This document shows positions 35,307 through 44,096 of a stretch of DNA of 64,000 nucleotides, in pieces (position 1 is the stretch's first letter; each line of letters opens with the position of its first letter). The notes below the pieces were generated by a model, which made no database searches, was not told where the DNA came from, and was given only the letters and a program-made list of their open reading frames with translations. Source of the DNA: an uncultured Clostridia bacterium (GTDB lineage: Bacteria; Bacillota; Clostridia; Christensenellales; Borkfalkiaceae). Made by a program: the position numbers and the translations under genes. The stretch is from assembly GCA_947588985.1 (NCBI GenBank), contig CANQBG010000004.1, forward strand, positions 1,667 through 65,666, in the 5' to 3' direction.

Positions 35307-36248
35307 ATGTTTCAACAAGCACTCGCGCTCATTCAACAATTCGACCGGATCATCATCCACCGCCATGCGCACCCCGACGGCGACGCCTTGGGCAGCCAGA
35401 TGGGCCTTGCGCAACTCATCAAGGATAACTTCCCCCAAAAGGAGGTCTACATGGTGGGCGACGTTGCGACGCGCTTCCCCTTCGTGGACGTGACCTTCGA
35501 CGACATCCCCGACGAGGCCTACCGCGGCGCCCTCGCCGTCATCCTCGACTGCGGCTCCTCGCACCTCATCTGCGACGACCGCTACAAGCTCGCAACAAAG
35601 ACGTTGCGCTTCGACCATCACATCTACTGCGAGCACATTGCCGATCTCGACGTTGTGGACAGCTCCTATGAGAGCGCGTGCGGGCTCGTTGCAATGTTCG
35701 CCAAAGAGACGGGCCTCCGCCTCTCCAAGGCCTCCGCGACCTCCCTCTACATGGGCATGGTGACGGACAGCGGCAGGTTTGTGTTCGATTCCGTCACTGC
35801 GCGGACCTTCGAACTCGCGGCCTTCCTCCTCTCCCAGCCCATCGACCTCGCGTCGCTCTACTACGACCTCTATGCGGAGGAGTTCTCCGTGATCATCGAG
35901 CGGGCCGACAACATGCACAAGATCCAATTTACCGAGCACAGCGTGGCCTATATCTACACCGCGCGCGAGGACCTTCCCGAAAACAGCGACGCCGCGCCCG
36001 TGGTCTCCTCGGGGCTCGTCAGCCTCATGCACGACATCAAAGGCGTGTTCGTGTGGGTCAACTTCACGGAGGGAGAGGACGGCGTACACGTGGAGATCCG
36101 CTCCAACCGGTATAACATCAATCCCATCGCCGTAAAATACGGCGGAGGCGGGCACAAGAAGGCGAGCGGCTGTACCGTGCCCGACCGCGAGACGGCCATG
36201 GCGCTCCTTGCCGATCTCGACGCGCTCGCCGCTTCGGAGGGGGTGTAA
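35307..36248 (+). CDS. DHH/DHHA1 phosphoesterase, NrnA-like (copy 1)
   Basis: Trimmed to MFQQALALI. HRHAHPDGDALGS, FDHH and a C-terminal GGGH motif. Confidence 0.85.
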   Translation: MFQQALALIQQFDRIIIHRHAHPDGDALGSQMGLAQLIKDNFPQKEVYMVGDVATRFPFVDVTFDDIPDEAYRGALAVILDCGSSHLICDDRYKLATKTLRFDHHIYCEHIADLDVVDSSYESACGLVAMFAKETGLRLSKASATSLYMGMVTDSGRFVFDSVTARTFELAAFLLSQPIDLASLYYDLYAEEFSVIIERADNMHKIQFTEHSVAYIYTAREDLPENSDAAPVVSSGLVSLMHDIKGVFVWVNFTEGEDGVHVEIRSNRYNINPIAVKYGGGGHKKASGCTVPDRETAMALLADLDALAASEGV

Positions 36249-36249
36249 T

Positions 36250-37233
36250 ATGGACAACCGCGCGATCAAACTTGCCGTTCTCGAGACCATCGAGCGCTTC
36301 GATACCATCGTCATCTCCCGCCATATCCGCCCGGACGGGGACGCCGTCGGCTCCACCATGGGGCTTGCGCGCGTCTTGCGGGATACCTATCCGAGCAAGA
36401 AGATCTACCTCACGGACGAGGATTTTTCCGATTATCTCGCCTTCTGCGGCGGCGAGGACGAGGTGCCCGAGGAGGTCTATCGGGACGCCCTTCTCATCGT
36501 CATCGACACGGGCACGCGCAATCGCATCTCCAACAGCCGCTATGCCCTCGCGAAGTATTGCGTCAAGATCGACCATCACATCGAGGCCGACCCCTATGGC
36601 GACCTCAATTGGGTGGAGGATTTCCGCTCCTCGGCCTGCGAGATGATCGCGGATTTCTGCGTGGGATTTCGCGATCGGCTCAAAATCTCCAAGGAGGCCG
36701 CGACCTTCATCTATATGGGCATGGTGACGGACAGCGGCAGGTTCCGCTTCGAGGGCGTCACGGGCGAGACGATGCGGCTCGCGGGCGCGATGCTCGACTA
36801 TGGGGTGGACTGCGAGACCCTCTTCGCCAACCTCTATTCGGAGGAGTTTGCGAGCTTCAAGCTCAAATCGTACGTCTACGACCACATCCGGATCACCAAG
36901 AACGGCGTGGCGTATCTCTACATGGACGCGGAGGCGCAGGAGCGCTTTCAACTCACGCTCGAGGCGGCTTCGAGCTTCGTCTCCGAGCTCTCGGATATCC
37001 GCGGCAGCCTCATTTGGATCGCCTTTATCGACAACCTCGAAAAGCAGAATATCCGCGTACGGTTGCGCTCGCGCTTCCTCGGCATCAACGATCTCGCCAT
37101 CCGGCATCACGGCGGAGGGCACAACATGGCGGCCGGGGCCACCGTCTTTTCCAAACAGGAGATGGAAGAATTGATCGCGGAGGCCGACGCCCTGCTCGGG
37201 GAATATAAGGCCACGCACGAGGGGTGGTTATGA
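36250..37233 (+). CDS. DHH/DHHA1 phosphoesterase, NrnA-like (copy 2)
   Basis: Trimmed to MDNRAIKLA, 1 nt after the upstream stop. SRHIRPDGDAVGS, IDHH and GGGH. Confidence 0.85.
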   Translation: MDNRAIKLAVLETIERFDTIVISRHIRPDGDAVGSTMGLARVLRDTYPSKKIYLTDEDFSDYLAFCGGEDEVPEEVYRDALLIVIDTGTRNRISNSRYALAKYCVKIDHHIEADPYGDLNWVEDFRSSACEMIADFCVGFRDRLKISKEAATFIYMGMVTDSGRFRFEGVTGETMRLAGAMLDYGVDCETLFANLYSEEFASFKLKSYVYDHIRITKNGVAYLYMDAEAQERFQLTLEAASSFVSELSDIRGSLIWIAFIDNLEKQNIRVRLRSRFLGINDLAIRHHGGGHNMAAGATVFSKQEMEELIAEADALLGEYKATHEGWL

Positions 37234-37952
37234 AGATCTTACTGACAAACGACGACGGCATCGAGGCCGAGGGGCTCTCCTATCTCGTGGAATGGGCCAA
37301 GACGCTCGGAGAGGTGTGCGTCGTCGCGCCGAAATTCCAACAGAGCGCCAAGAGCCACTCCATTGAGATCCAAAACGGCTATGAGGTGAAAAGGCGCGAT
37401 TGCTTCGGGGATGTGGAGGCGTATAGCGTCGATTCCACCCCCGCCGACTGCGTGCGCGTGGCCATTCTCGGCATGAAACGGGAGTTTGACCTCGTCATCT
37501 CGGGGATCAACAACGGGCCCAACCTCGGGGCCGATATCCACTATTCGGGGACGGTGGCGGCGTGCTTCGAGGCCGCACTGCTCGGCGTGAAGGGACTCGC
37601 CGTCTCGGCCGCCTTCCACTCCTTCTCCAATGCCGTGAAAAACCTCGGGCGCGCCTACGACGCGATCTTGCAGCGGCGCATGTTCGACTTTGCGGAGATC
37701 GTCAACGTGAACTTTCCCGAAGCAGGCGAGGAGATCCTCGTCACCAAGATGGGCCCCGCCATCTATAGCGACAGCTTCGACTTTTTGCCGGACGGCACGG
37801 TGGTGCCCCGCCTCGTGTGTCTCTATAAGGACACGCACGACCTCTCGCTCGACACCGACGCCGTGATGTCCGGGTACATTTCTCTGACCCCTCTAAGGAG
37901 CGATCTCACCGATTTTTCCGCCCTCTCCGCCGCCACCAAAAAGGTGGGTTGA
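37230..37952 (+). CDS. surE: 5'/3'-nucleotidase SurE
   Basis: MKILLTNDDGIEAEGL and SGINNGPNLG. ATGA overlap with the upstream gene. Confidence 0.9.
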   Translation: MKILLTNDDGIEAEGLSYLVEWAKTLGEVCVVAPKFQQSAKSHSIEIQNGYEVKRRDCFGDVEAYSVDSTPADCVRVAILGMKREFDLVISGINNGPNLGADIHYSGTVAACFEAALLGVKGLAVSAAFHSFSNAVKNLGRAYDAILQRRMFDFAEIVNVNFPEAGEEILVTKMGPAIYSDSFDFLPDGTVVPRLVCLYKDTHDLSLDTDAVMSGYISLTPLRSDLTDFSALSAATKKVG

Positions 37953-37965
37953 GGGAAATTCTAAT

Positions 37966-38135
37966 CACGTCATTCCGAGCGCAGTCGAGGAATCCGCCTC
38001 ACGTCATTCCGAGCGCAGTCGAGGAATCCGCCTCGCGTCATTCCGAGCGCAGCCGAGGAATCCGCCTCACGTCATTCCGAGCGCAGCCGAGGAATCCGCC
38101 TCACGTCATTCCGAGCGCAGCCGAGGAATCTGCAT
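37966..38135. repeat. 34-bp tandem repeat array, 5 copies
   Basis: The unit cacgtcattccgagcgcag(t/c)cgaggaatccgcct starts at 37966, 38000, 38034, 38068 and 38102. There are no unique spacers. A sixth, isolated copy lies near 38209. Confidence 0.9.
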
Positions 38136-38141
38136 TATTTT

Positions 38142-38327
38142 AAGGAGATGCTTCGACTTCGCTCAGCATGACGAATTGGGAACATCAGCATGACGGATTG
38201 GGAGCCCTCACGTCATTCCGAGCGCAGCCGAGGAATCCGCATTATTTAAGGAGATGCTTCGACTTCGCTCAGCATGACGGATTGGGAGCATCGGCATGAC
38301 GAATTGGGAACTTCGGCACGACGAATT
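38142..38327. repeat. 186-bp direct repeat, left copy (flanks the GIY-YIG gene)
   Basis: aaggagatgcttcgacttcgctcagcatgac...cggcacgacgaatt is nearly identical (a few SNPs) to 38631..38816. Confidence 0.9.
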
Positions 38328-38350
38328 GGAAGCACAAAAAGGAGAACCCT

Positions 38351-38629
38351 ATGCCCTACGTTTACATGTTGACGAACGAAGAAAACACTGTGCTTTACAC
38401 GGGCGTAACGAACAATTTGGAACGTCGTATGCGGGAACACCGAAGCGGCGAATTCGACGGCTTCACAAAAAAATATCATTTGCACAAACTCGTCTATTGC
38501 GAGCAGTGGAATAACATGAATGACGCCATCCATCGTGAAAAGCAACTCAAAGGTTGGAGACGGTCGAAAAAAGATGCCCTCATTGCGGAATTAAATCCCA
38601 AGTGGGAAGAATTGATGCCCTATCGATAA
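38351..38629 (+). CDS. GIY-YIG nuclease family protein (UPF0213-like)
   Basis: 92 aa. YVYMLTN...LYTGVTNNLERRMREH...REKQLKGWRRSKK is the classic GIY-YIG small-protein pattern. GGAG RBS. Confidence 0.9.
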   Translation: MPYVYMLTNEENTVLYTGVTNNLERRMREHRSGEFDGFTKKYHLHKLVYCEQWNNMNDAIHREKQLKGWRRSKKDALIAELNPKWEELMPYR

Positions 38630-38630
38630 T

Positions 38631-38816
38631 AAGGAGATGCTTCGACTTCGCTCAGCATGACAAATTGGGAACATCGGCATGACGGATTGGGAGCCCTCAC
38701 GTCATTCCGAGCGCAGCCGAGGAATCCGCATTATTTAAGGAGATGCTTCGACTTCGCTCAGCATGACAAATTGGGAGCATCGGCATGACAAATTGGAAAC
38801 TTCGGCACGACGAATT
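38631..38816. repeat. 186-bp direct repeat, right copy
   Basis: Starts 2 nt after the GIY-YIG stop. Same composite of three sub-motifs as the left copy. Confidence 0.9.
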
Positions 38817-38826
38817 ATTTGCACAC

Positions 38827-38864
38827 AAAAAGACAGCCTTTCCGAAGAAAGGCTGTCTTTTTTG
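38827..38864. terminator. bidirectional rho-independent terminator
   Basis: AAAAAGACAGCCTTTC, loop CGAA, GAAAGGCTGTCTTTTT: a perfect 16-bp stem lying between convergent genes. Confidence 0.85.
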
Positions 38865-38873
38865 TTCTTACGT

Positions 38874-41800
38874 TCAGAACTGCTTGCCGGGAAGGACCGC
38901 AACTTCTGCGGGTGCGCTTACCGTAGCGGAAGCGGGAGTACCGTAGAACTCCAACTTATCAATACTGACATACTTGTTGCCCGACGCGCTGACAGTCAAG
39001 TTGAAAACGATCTGGTAGAAGCAGTCCGTCCAATCGTCTGTACCCGCCGTAATATCGACGGCAACGCCCTTCTGATAGGTGATTTCCTTCGTAGAAATCG
39101 GCGTAGCACCTTCAGCCGTGGGATCCGTTTTATAGACTTTAAGCGTCACACTATTGACCGTAATGCTCCCGCCGTCCGTCAACTGAAGCGTGATCTTTTC
39201 GACCTTTCCGGGAATCGCCGTCTTTCCTGTAAGGGCACGGTCTTTATCGGTGCAGTTCGAGTTCTTGCCGCCGAAACGCCAAGGCTTTTGCGTGTTTGCA
39301 TCCACCGCTGCATTTCCTTCCACAGCCCAAGTGACATTTTCATACTCCACATCGCCACTCTTGTCATAGGCGTTGTTTTTCCCTATGGGCTGTTCGTCGC
39401 TATTCAGGGAATAAAGCAACTCTGCAACCGCTTCGCTCTCGCCTGCGGTCTCTACCTCAATGGTAGCGTCACCATTGACCGTAAACTTATAGGTATTTTC
39501 GTCCGTTGCTGTGAGCGTTTCGCCGTAAACCTTCACGGAAACGATCTTCTTGCCCTGCTCCGGAACGACTTTGAACGTCACTTCTGCGCCATTCGTCGCT
39601 TTGTTGTTCTGAGGAAGTTCGCTGACCGTGGCACCTTCGTGTTCACCGATTGTAATCGTCGATTCGCCACGCGTATTCTTCACGAGATACACATATGTGC
39701 CGCTGTTGGAGGCGAATTCAATGGTGGTGCCCTCGTGATTCTTGATATAGCCGCAGATCACGACGATATCATGCTGAACAGGAGCCGCAACGCCATCGCT
39801 GAGATTGATCGTGTACACGAGAATCTCTTTTGTGGAATCGGTCAAATCCACCAAAGTGAGGTTTTGATAGTAGTTCCCCTTGTCGGTGGGATTGGCTTTG
39901 ACAATACCCGTCATATAGACGACTTGCTGCGTAAAGCTACCACTTCCCGTGCATTCCTCTTCTGCAAGGGCGAGGGCCTCTTCAACGGTAAGGGGCTCGG
40001 TTTCAGAACCGTATTTCTCGTCATCGTGCTCGGGCTCTTCTTCGCCGCCGGGGCCGGGAGCGGGCTCTTCGCCGCCGCCTACCTTCGTCCAAGTCGTGAA
40101 GGTGGGATAATTCGTGCCGTCTTTATCGACTTCGATCGTGCCTTGGAAATTCTTCACAAAGCCGTAGCAGACAACATAGTCGCCAACCGTAAGCGGGCTA
40201 TCCGCGGGGATGGGATTGGGGGCCGGCATAGCGTCGCCCCAATTGATCGTGTAGAGTTTGAGCTGCGTCGTGCCGCCCTTCTCGTCCGCGATCATAACGG
40301 AGCTGAGGCCGTAGGTTTTGAAAATGGTACCGACATTGGTGACATAGCCCTTGACATAGACTTTGGCATTTGCACCATTGACTTGATAATAGCTGCCGTC
40401 CGCAAGGTCCTGCGCGAGCTCGAGGATCTCGGCAACGGTGTAAGGATTGCTCTCGGTGCCCTTTTCGCCGCTCGGCGTTGTGCTGCCGGTGCCGCTCATG
40501 TTGCCGAAGTGGCCGACGAAGTTGGAGGAGCCGGACAAGTAGCTTACCGGGCTTGCGGAGATGGTGTTGAAATCGTTATAGGTGCCGAGGTAGTAGGTAA
40601 CGTTGTTGACGTCGAAGGTGAATACCTTGTTCGTGGTATCCCACTTCCAAGTCTGCGTGGAGGCATCGACGAACTCCATCCGATGGCTCGAGTTGAGTTC
40701 GAGATATTTGCCGTCGCTCTTGAGCTGGATCGTCCAACCATCGCCGGAGGCGGTGAGGGTATACTGAGCCGCTTCTTCATAGTTCTCGGTGGTGAAGCCG
40801 AAGTTGCTTTCGTTGACGGTTCCCGCGGAATACAGCCACTTTTCAAGATTGCCTTGATAGAGCGCGAAGATGTAATCGCCGGCAACGGGGGCTTCGAGCG
40901 CCTGGAAGGTGGCGGCGGGCTTGGCCGCGACGTTGAGGGTGATCGTGGCCGTCGTGGTCTCGGTGCCCAAGGTGAGGGTCGCGGTGAGGGTGAGGGCGGT
41001 AGCCTTGGCGGGGAGCTCGGTGATCGTGACGGTGTTGCCCGAAACGGACGCCCAAGCGGGAGCATCCGCGATCGCCCAAGAAATTTCCGCGCCCAAGAGG
41101 TCTACATCCGCGGGAAGGATGGTGACGTTGCCGGCCACCTTGGTTTCAAGCGGGCCGACAGCCTCCACGTTCGCCTTGGCGTCTGCGAGGAGTTCGGTGG
41201 CGCTCGCCTTATAGTTGCGGACGGTGAAGAAGCCATAGGCGGTGTAGTCCCCGATCGTGTAGGTGACTTCGACCTCGGTGTTCTTATTGGTCGCGACGGG
41301 ATTGACGGTGAGCGTGCCGTTCTCGTAGGAGACGGTGGCGCCGTCTTTCTTGCCCATGACGGTGTAGGTGATGGTGACGCCCTGTTCGGAAGTGGGCATC
41401 GGGAAGGACTGATCCGACGTGATGAGGCCCGAGAAGTTCGTCTTGACCTTGGCATTGACGGCGTCTACGGCGGCCTTGACCTTGGCGCCATCGGTATTGG
41501 TGCCCTCTGCGTTCACCTTGGTGATGTCGCTTGCGAGGACGGGCTGGATCTGGTAGCCATTGTAGTTGCCGAGGAGACCCGTGATATCGACGTAGGTATC
41601 GACCTCGATGGATTTCCACATAGCGAGGAGATCGGCGCGCTCCGCGTCGGTACGGCCAACATATTTGGAGAAACGGACGGGGATGGAGACATCGCCGCGC
41701 TCCACGGTGAACATGTAGGTGTTGGTCTGATCATCGACAGCATCGGGAGCCGTCTCGACGGATTTTACTTTCCAACCGGAGAGGCTGACGAGCGTGGACT

Positions 41801-42797
41801 CGTGCCAAATCATGGAAGGAACGCCGGAGAGGAGATCGGTATCGAACGCATAGATCTTTTCTCTCGGGTTGATGGGCTCTTGGTCGTCCACGGTAGCCGT
41901 GCCGCCGCCGTTGTTTTCCCAAAGGCCATTGAAATTCTTGGCGGTATCATTGGAGACGGTGATGTGCGCGCCTTCAACGTATTTATCGATGTTGTCCTTA
42001 TCGATCTTGATCCGATACAGATAGTAGCCGCTGCAGAAGTCGTCGTCGATCATGAAGAGGGTCGCATTGCCGTAGCTTGCGGACGTCTCCAAAACGTTGA
42101 CGATGTAGCCGCTGAGGGTGAGCGGGTAGCCGTCGATGGAATACATCTTATTGACGGACTGCCTGTGCGAGAGCGCGGGCACGACGTTGAAGGGATAGCT
42201 CATGGAAGCTTCTTCTTCGCCATAGGTGAAGGTAGCCTTGATCTTGACGGCCGTAAGCTCATCGCCGGGCGTGACGACGACTTTGGTCCCATCGAGCGCG
42301 ATGAAATCGGCGTAATCGGGATCGACGCTCCAAGCGATCGTAGCCGTCTTGCCCTGCACCGTGACGGAAGTATCGAGGTCGAAATCCTCGGAGACGGCGG
42401 TGTTCCTCTGCGGGAACGAATACCGCTGCATGAAGGTGTAGACATCGAGCTTGCCGACGCGGACGATGAAGTCTTTGGAGGCGCTGCCGGAGGAAATGGT
42501 GAGCGTGACTTCGGTGACTTCATCCTGAAGGGTGACTTTGGCAGTGTACTGCTCGCCGCCGTCCTCAATGGCGATCGCGTTCGTGTTGCTCGATTTCCAC
42601 TTGACAGAAACAGAGTTGTTTTCCCCGATCCGCTTGGGCAAGCTGAAGTCCTCGCTCACAAGCGTCTCGGCCTGAGGGAAGATATACGCTTTGATCGCGT
42701 CTCCCGCAGATCCGCCACCGCATGCGACGATGCCGAAGATCATGCAGATCGCACACAGGATCGTTGACGCAATAAGCGCCAGTTTCTTGCTTCTCAT
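38874..42797 (-). CDS. giant surface lipoprotein with Ig-like and several OB-fold-like modules (candidate extracellular nucleic-acid binding protein)
   Basis: Lipobox IFGIVAC-GGG. 1307 aa. Repeated beta-rich modules, and several segments resemble the OB modules of extracellular nucleases (KVYVKGYVTNVG...LKLYTINWG; VVYMTGIVKANP...ILVYTINL). The domain calls are tentative. Confidence 0.6.
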   Translation of the reverse strand: MRSKKLALIASTILCAICMIFGIVACGGGSAGDAIKAYIFPQAETLVSEDFSLPKRIGENNSVSVKWKSSNTNAIAIEDGGEQYTAKVTLQDEVTEVTLTISSGSASKDFIVRVGKLDVYTFMQRYSFPQRNTAVSEDFDLDTSVTVQGKTATIAWSVDPDYADFIALDGTKVVVTPGDELTAVKIKATFTYGEEEASMSYPFNVVPALSHRQSVNKMYSIDGYPLTLSGYIVNVLETSASYGNATLFMIDDDFCSGYYLYRIKIDKDNIDKYVEGAHITVSNDTAKNFNGLWENNGGGTATVDDQEPINPREKIYAFDTDLLSGVPSMIWHESTLVSLSGWKVKSVETAPDAVDDQTNTYMFTVERGDVSIPVRFSKYVGRTDAERADLLAMWKSIEVDTYVDITGLLGNYNGYQIQPVLASDITKVNAEGTNTDGAKVKAAVDAVNAKVKTNFSGLITSDQSFPMPTSEQGVTITYTVMGKKDGATVSYENGTLTVNPVATNKNTEVEVTYTIGDYTAYGFFTVRNYKASATELLADAKANVEAVGPLETKVAGNVTILPADVDLLGAEISWAIADAPAWASVSGNTVTITELPAKATALTLTATLTLGTETTTATITLNVAAKPAATFQALEAPVAGDYIFALYQGNLEKWLYSAGTVNESNFGFTTENYEEAAQYTLTASGDGWTIQLKSDGKYLELNSSHRMEFVDASTQTWKWDTTNKVFTFDVNNVTYYLGTYNDFNTISASPVSYLSGSSNFVGHFGNMSGTGSTTPSGEKGTESNPYTVAEILELAQDLADGSYYQVNGANAKVYVKGYVTNVGTIFKTYGLSSVMIADEKGGTTQLKLYTINWGDAMPAPNPIPADSPLTVGDYVVCYGFVKNFQGTIEVDKDGTNYPTFTTWTKVGGGEEPAPGPGGEEEPEHDDEKYGSETEPLTVEEALALAEEECTGSGSFTQQVVYMTGIVKANPTDKGNYYQNLTLVDLTDSTKEILVYTINLSDGVAAPVQHDIVVICGYIKNHEGTTIEFASNSGTYVYLVKNTRGESTITIGEHEGATVSELPQNNKATNGAEVTFKVVPEQGKKIVSVKVYGETLTATDENTYKFTVNGDATIEVETAGESEAVAELLYSLNSDEQPIGKNNAYDKSGDVEYENVTWAVEGNAAVDANTQKPWRFGGKNSNCTDKDRALTGKTAIPGKVEKITLQLTDGGSITVNSVTLKVYKTDPTAEGATPISTKEITYQKGVAVDITAGTDDWTDCFYQIVFNLTVSASGNKYVSIDKLEFYGTPASATVSAPAEVAVLPGKQF

Positions 42798-42812
42798 ACC
42801 TTATCTCCTTTT

Positions 42813-44084
42813 TTATTTGATCTTGATGTTGGAATAGCTCGGGACGGTGACTTGCCCGGAGCCCGCCTCGAATTGGTAACAGCCCTTGATGGTGAGGACC
42901 GACCCCACTTGGATCGCGCCGGAATAGCCTTCCGGCACTTCCACCGTGAAGGTGAAGGAGGGCGTGGAGCCGTCTACTTCCGTAGCGGTCCCCTCGAAGG
43001 TGAGCTTGGTCCCCTCGAGGTTGACGGACGTGACGGTGAGGTCGCTATAGAAATTGGAAGTGATCTTTTGGGTGTAGTACGTTTGCGTCTCGTCGAAGCA
43101 GAGATAGTAAGCGACTTGCGATCTCCACGTCTTATTCGGGTCGCCCTTGGAATTGTAGTCGCTGAGCTGTACGCCCGTGAGCTGCCAACCCCCATCGTGC
43201 TTTTGCAGGACCCCGATGATGTGATAGAGGTCCCCCACCCGCATGCTCGCCAAGGAGGCGATGTGGCCGGCATAGAGCGTGAGGCTATATACCTTGCCCG
43301 TCTCCTCGTCGTATTGCCCGAGCGTGAACGTGAGCGCGCCCGAGCTCGCCGTGTACATCTCCGAGGCGTAGGCCACAAGGCGGACCTTGGTGTATTCCGC
43401 GTATGTATTGGGCGACGTGACGATATCTTTCACCGTGGCGTCGATGGCCTCGATATCGTAGATGGGATCCTTGAGCTTGGAGAAGAGGTGGGCCTGTACG
43501 CTACGGGCGAACTCCTCGGCCTTCTGGAAATACTTATAGTAGCTGCTCGTGGCGTCCTCATTGTTATAGGAGAAACCGTTTTCGACGAGCTCGAGGTTGA
43601 GCAGTTTGAATTTTTCCTTGGCCGTCTTGCGGTACCACACATAGCACATGGGCCGGCCGCCCGAGGAATCGCCCTTGGGCACGTCGCCCGTGCCCGATTC
43701 GAGGACGACCTCGGCGCCCTGCAGACATTCGTTGGTGAAGTTACTCGCGGCCTTGCCCCAACGTTCCCAGCCTGCGGTGCTCTCGGGCGTATCCACGCCC
43801 AAGTAGCGCACGGCAATGGTGCCCCCCTCTTCGAGCGCGAAGTTGGAGGTGTCGCCATCGGTGGTGTCTCCGACAAGGGTGGCCTTGCCGATCCCGCCGC
43901 CGCCTTTCTTCATCAGCGTCTTGCCCTCGTAGCTCTTGGAGAGCTTGAGCGTCTTGGTGATCTTATCGAAGTGCTCGGTGTTGTCCGTGATCTTGGGCTT
44001 TCCGCCGCCGCACGCGCCGAGGATACTCCCCATCGCGATCGCCGCGACGGTGGCCAATATCAAAAATAATTTTTTCGTTTTCAT
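42813..44084 (-). CDS. lipoprotein with staphylococcal (thermo)nuclease domain
   Basis: Lipobox SILGAC-GGG. The SNase core is IAVRYLGVDTPES...CYVWY...LNLELVENGFS, followed by OB-like modules. Confidence 0.8.
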   Translation of the reverse strand: MKTKKLFLILATVAAIAMGSILGACGGGKPKITDNTEHFDKITKTLKLSKSYEGKTLMKKGGGGIGKATLVGDTTDGDTSNFALEEGGTIAVRYLGVDTPESTAGWERWGKAASNFTNECLQGAEVVLESGTGDVPKGDSSGGRPMCYVWYRKTAKEKFKLLNLELVENGFSYNNEDATSSYYKYFQKAEEFARSVQAHLFSKLKDPIYDIEAIDATVKDIVTSPNTYAEYTKVRLVAYASEMYTASSGALTFTLGQYDEETGKVYSLTLYAGHIASLASMRVGDLYHIIGVLQKHDGGWQLTGVQLSDYNSKGDPNKTWRSQVAYYLCFDETQTYYTQKITSNFYSDLTVTSVNLEGTKLTFEGTATEVDGSTPSFTFTVEVPEGYSGAIQVGSVLTIKGCYQFEAGSGQVTVPSYSNIKIK

Positions 44085-44096
44085 TCCTGTTTCCGA

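Noticed and set aside
35292-37218. 355-aa and 366-aa minus-strand ORFs opposite the two NrnA-like genes
   Set aside because: The plus-strand frames carry DHH and GGGH motifs and proper starts. The minus frames are shadow ORFs rich in R/G/A/V/E.
37949-38143. 64-aa ORF (SFRAQSRNPPHVIPSAVEES...)
   Set aside because: It is a translation of the 34-bp tandem repeat array, and its periodic sequence simply mirrors the repeat. It was also considered as a CRISPR array, but the units are contiguous with no unique spacers.
38763-42767. 1334-aa plus-strand ORF
   Set aside because: It is antisense to the lipoprotein gene. It starts inside the GIY-YIG repeat region, has no RBS and has a low-complexity G/R/E/D composition. 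The minus frame has a lipobox and structured domains.
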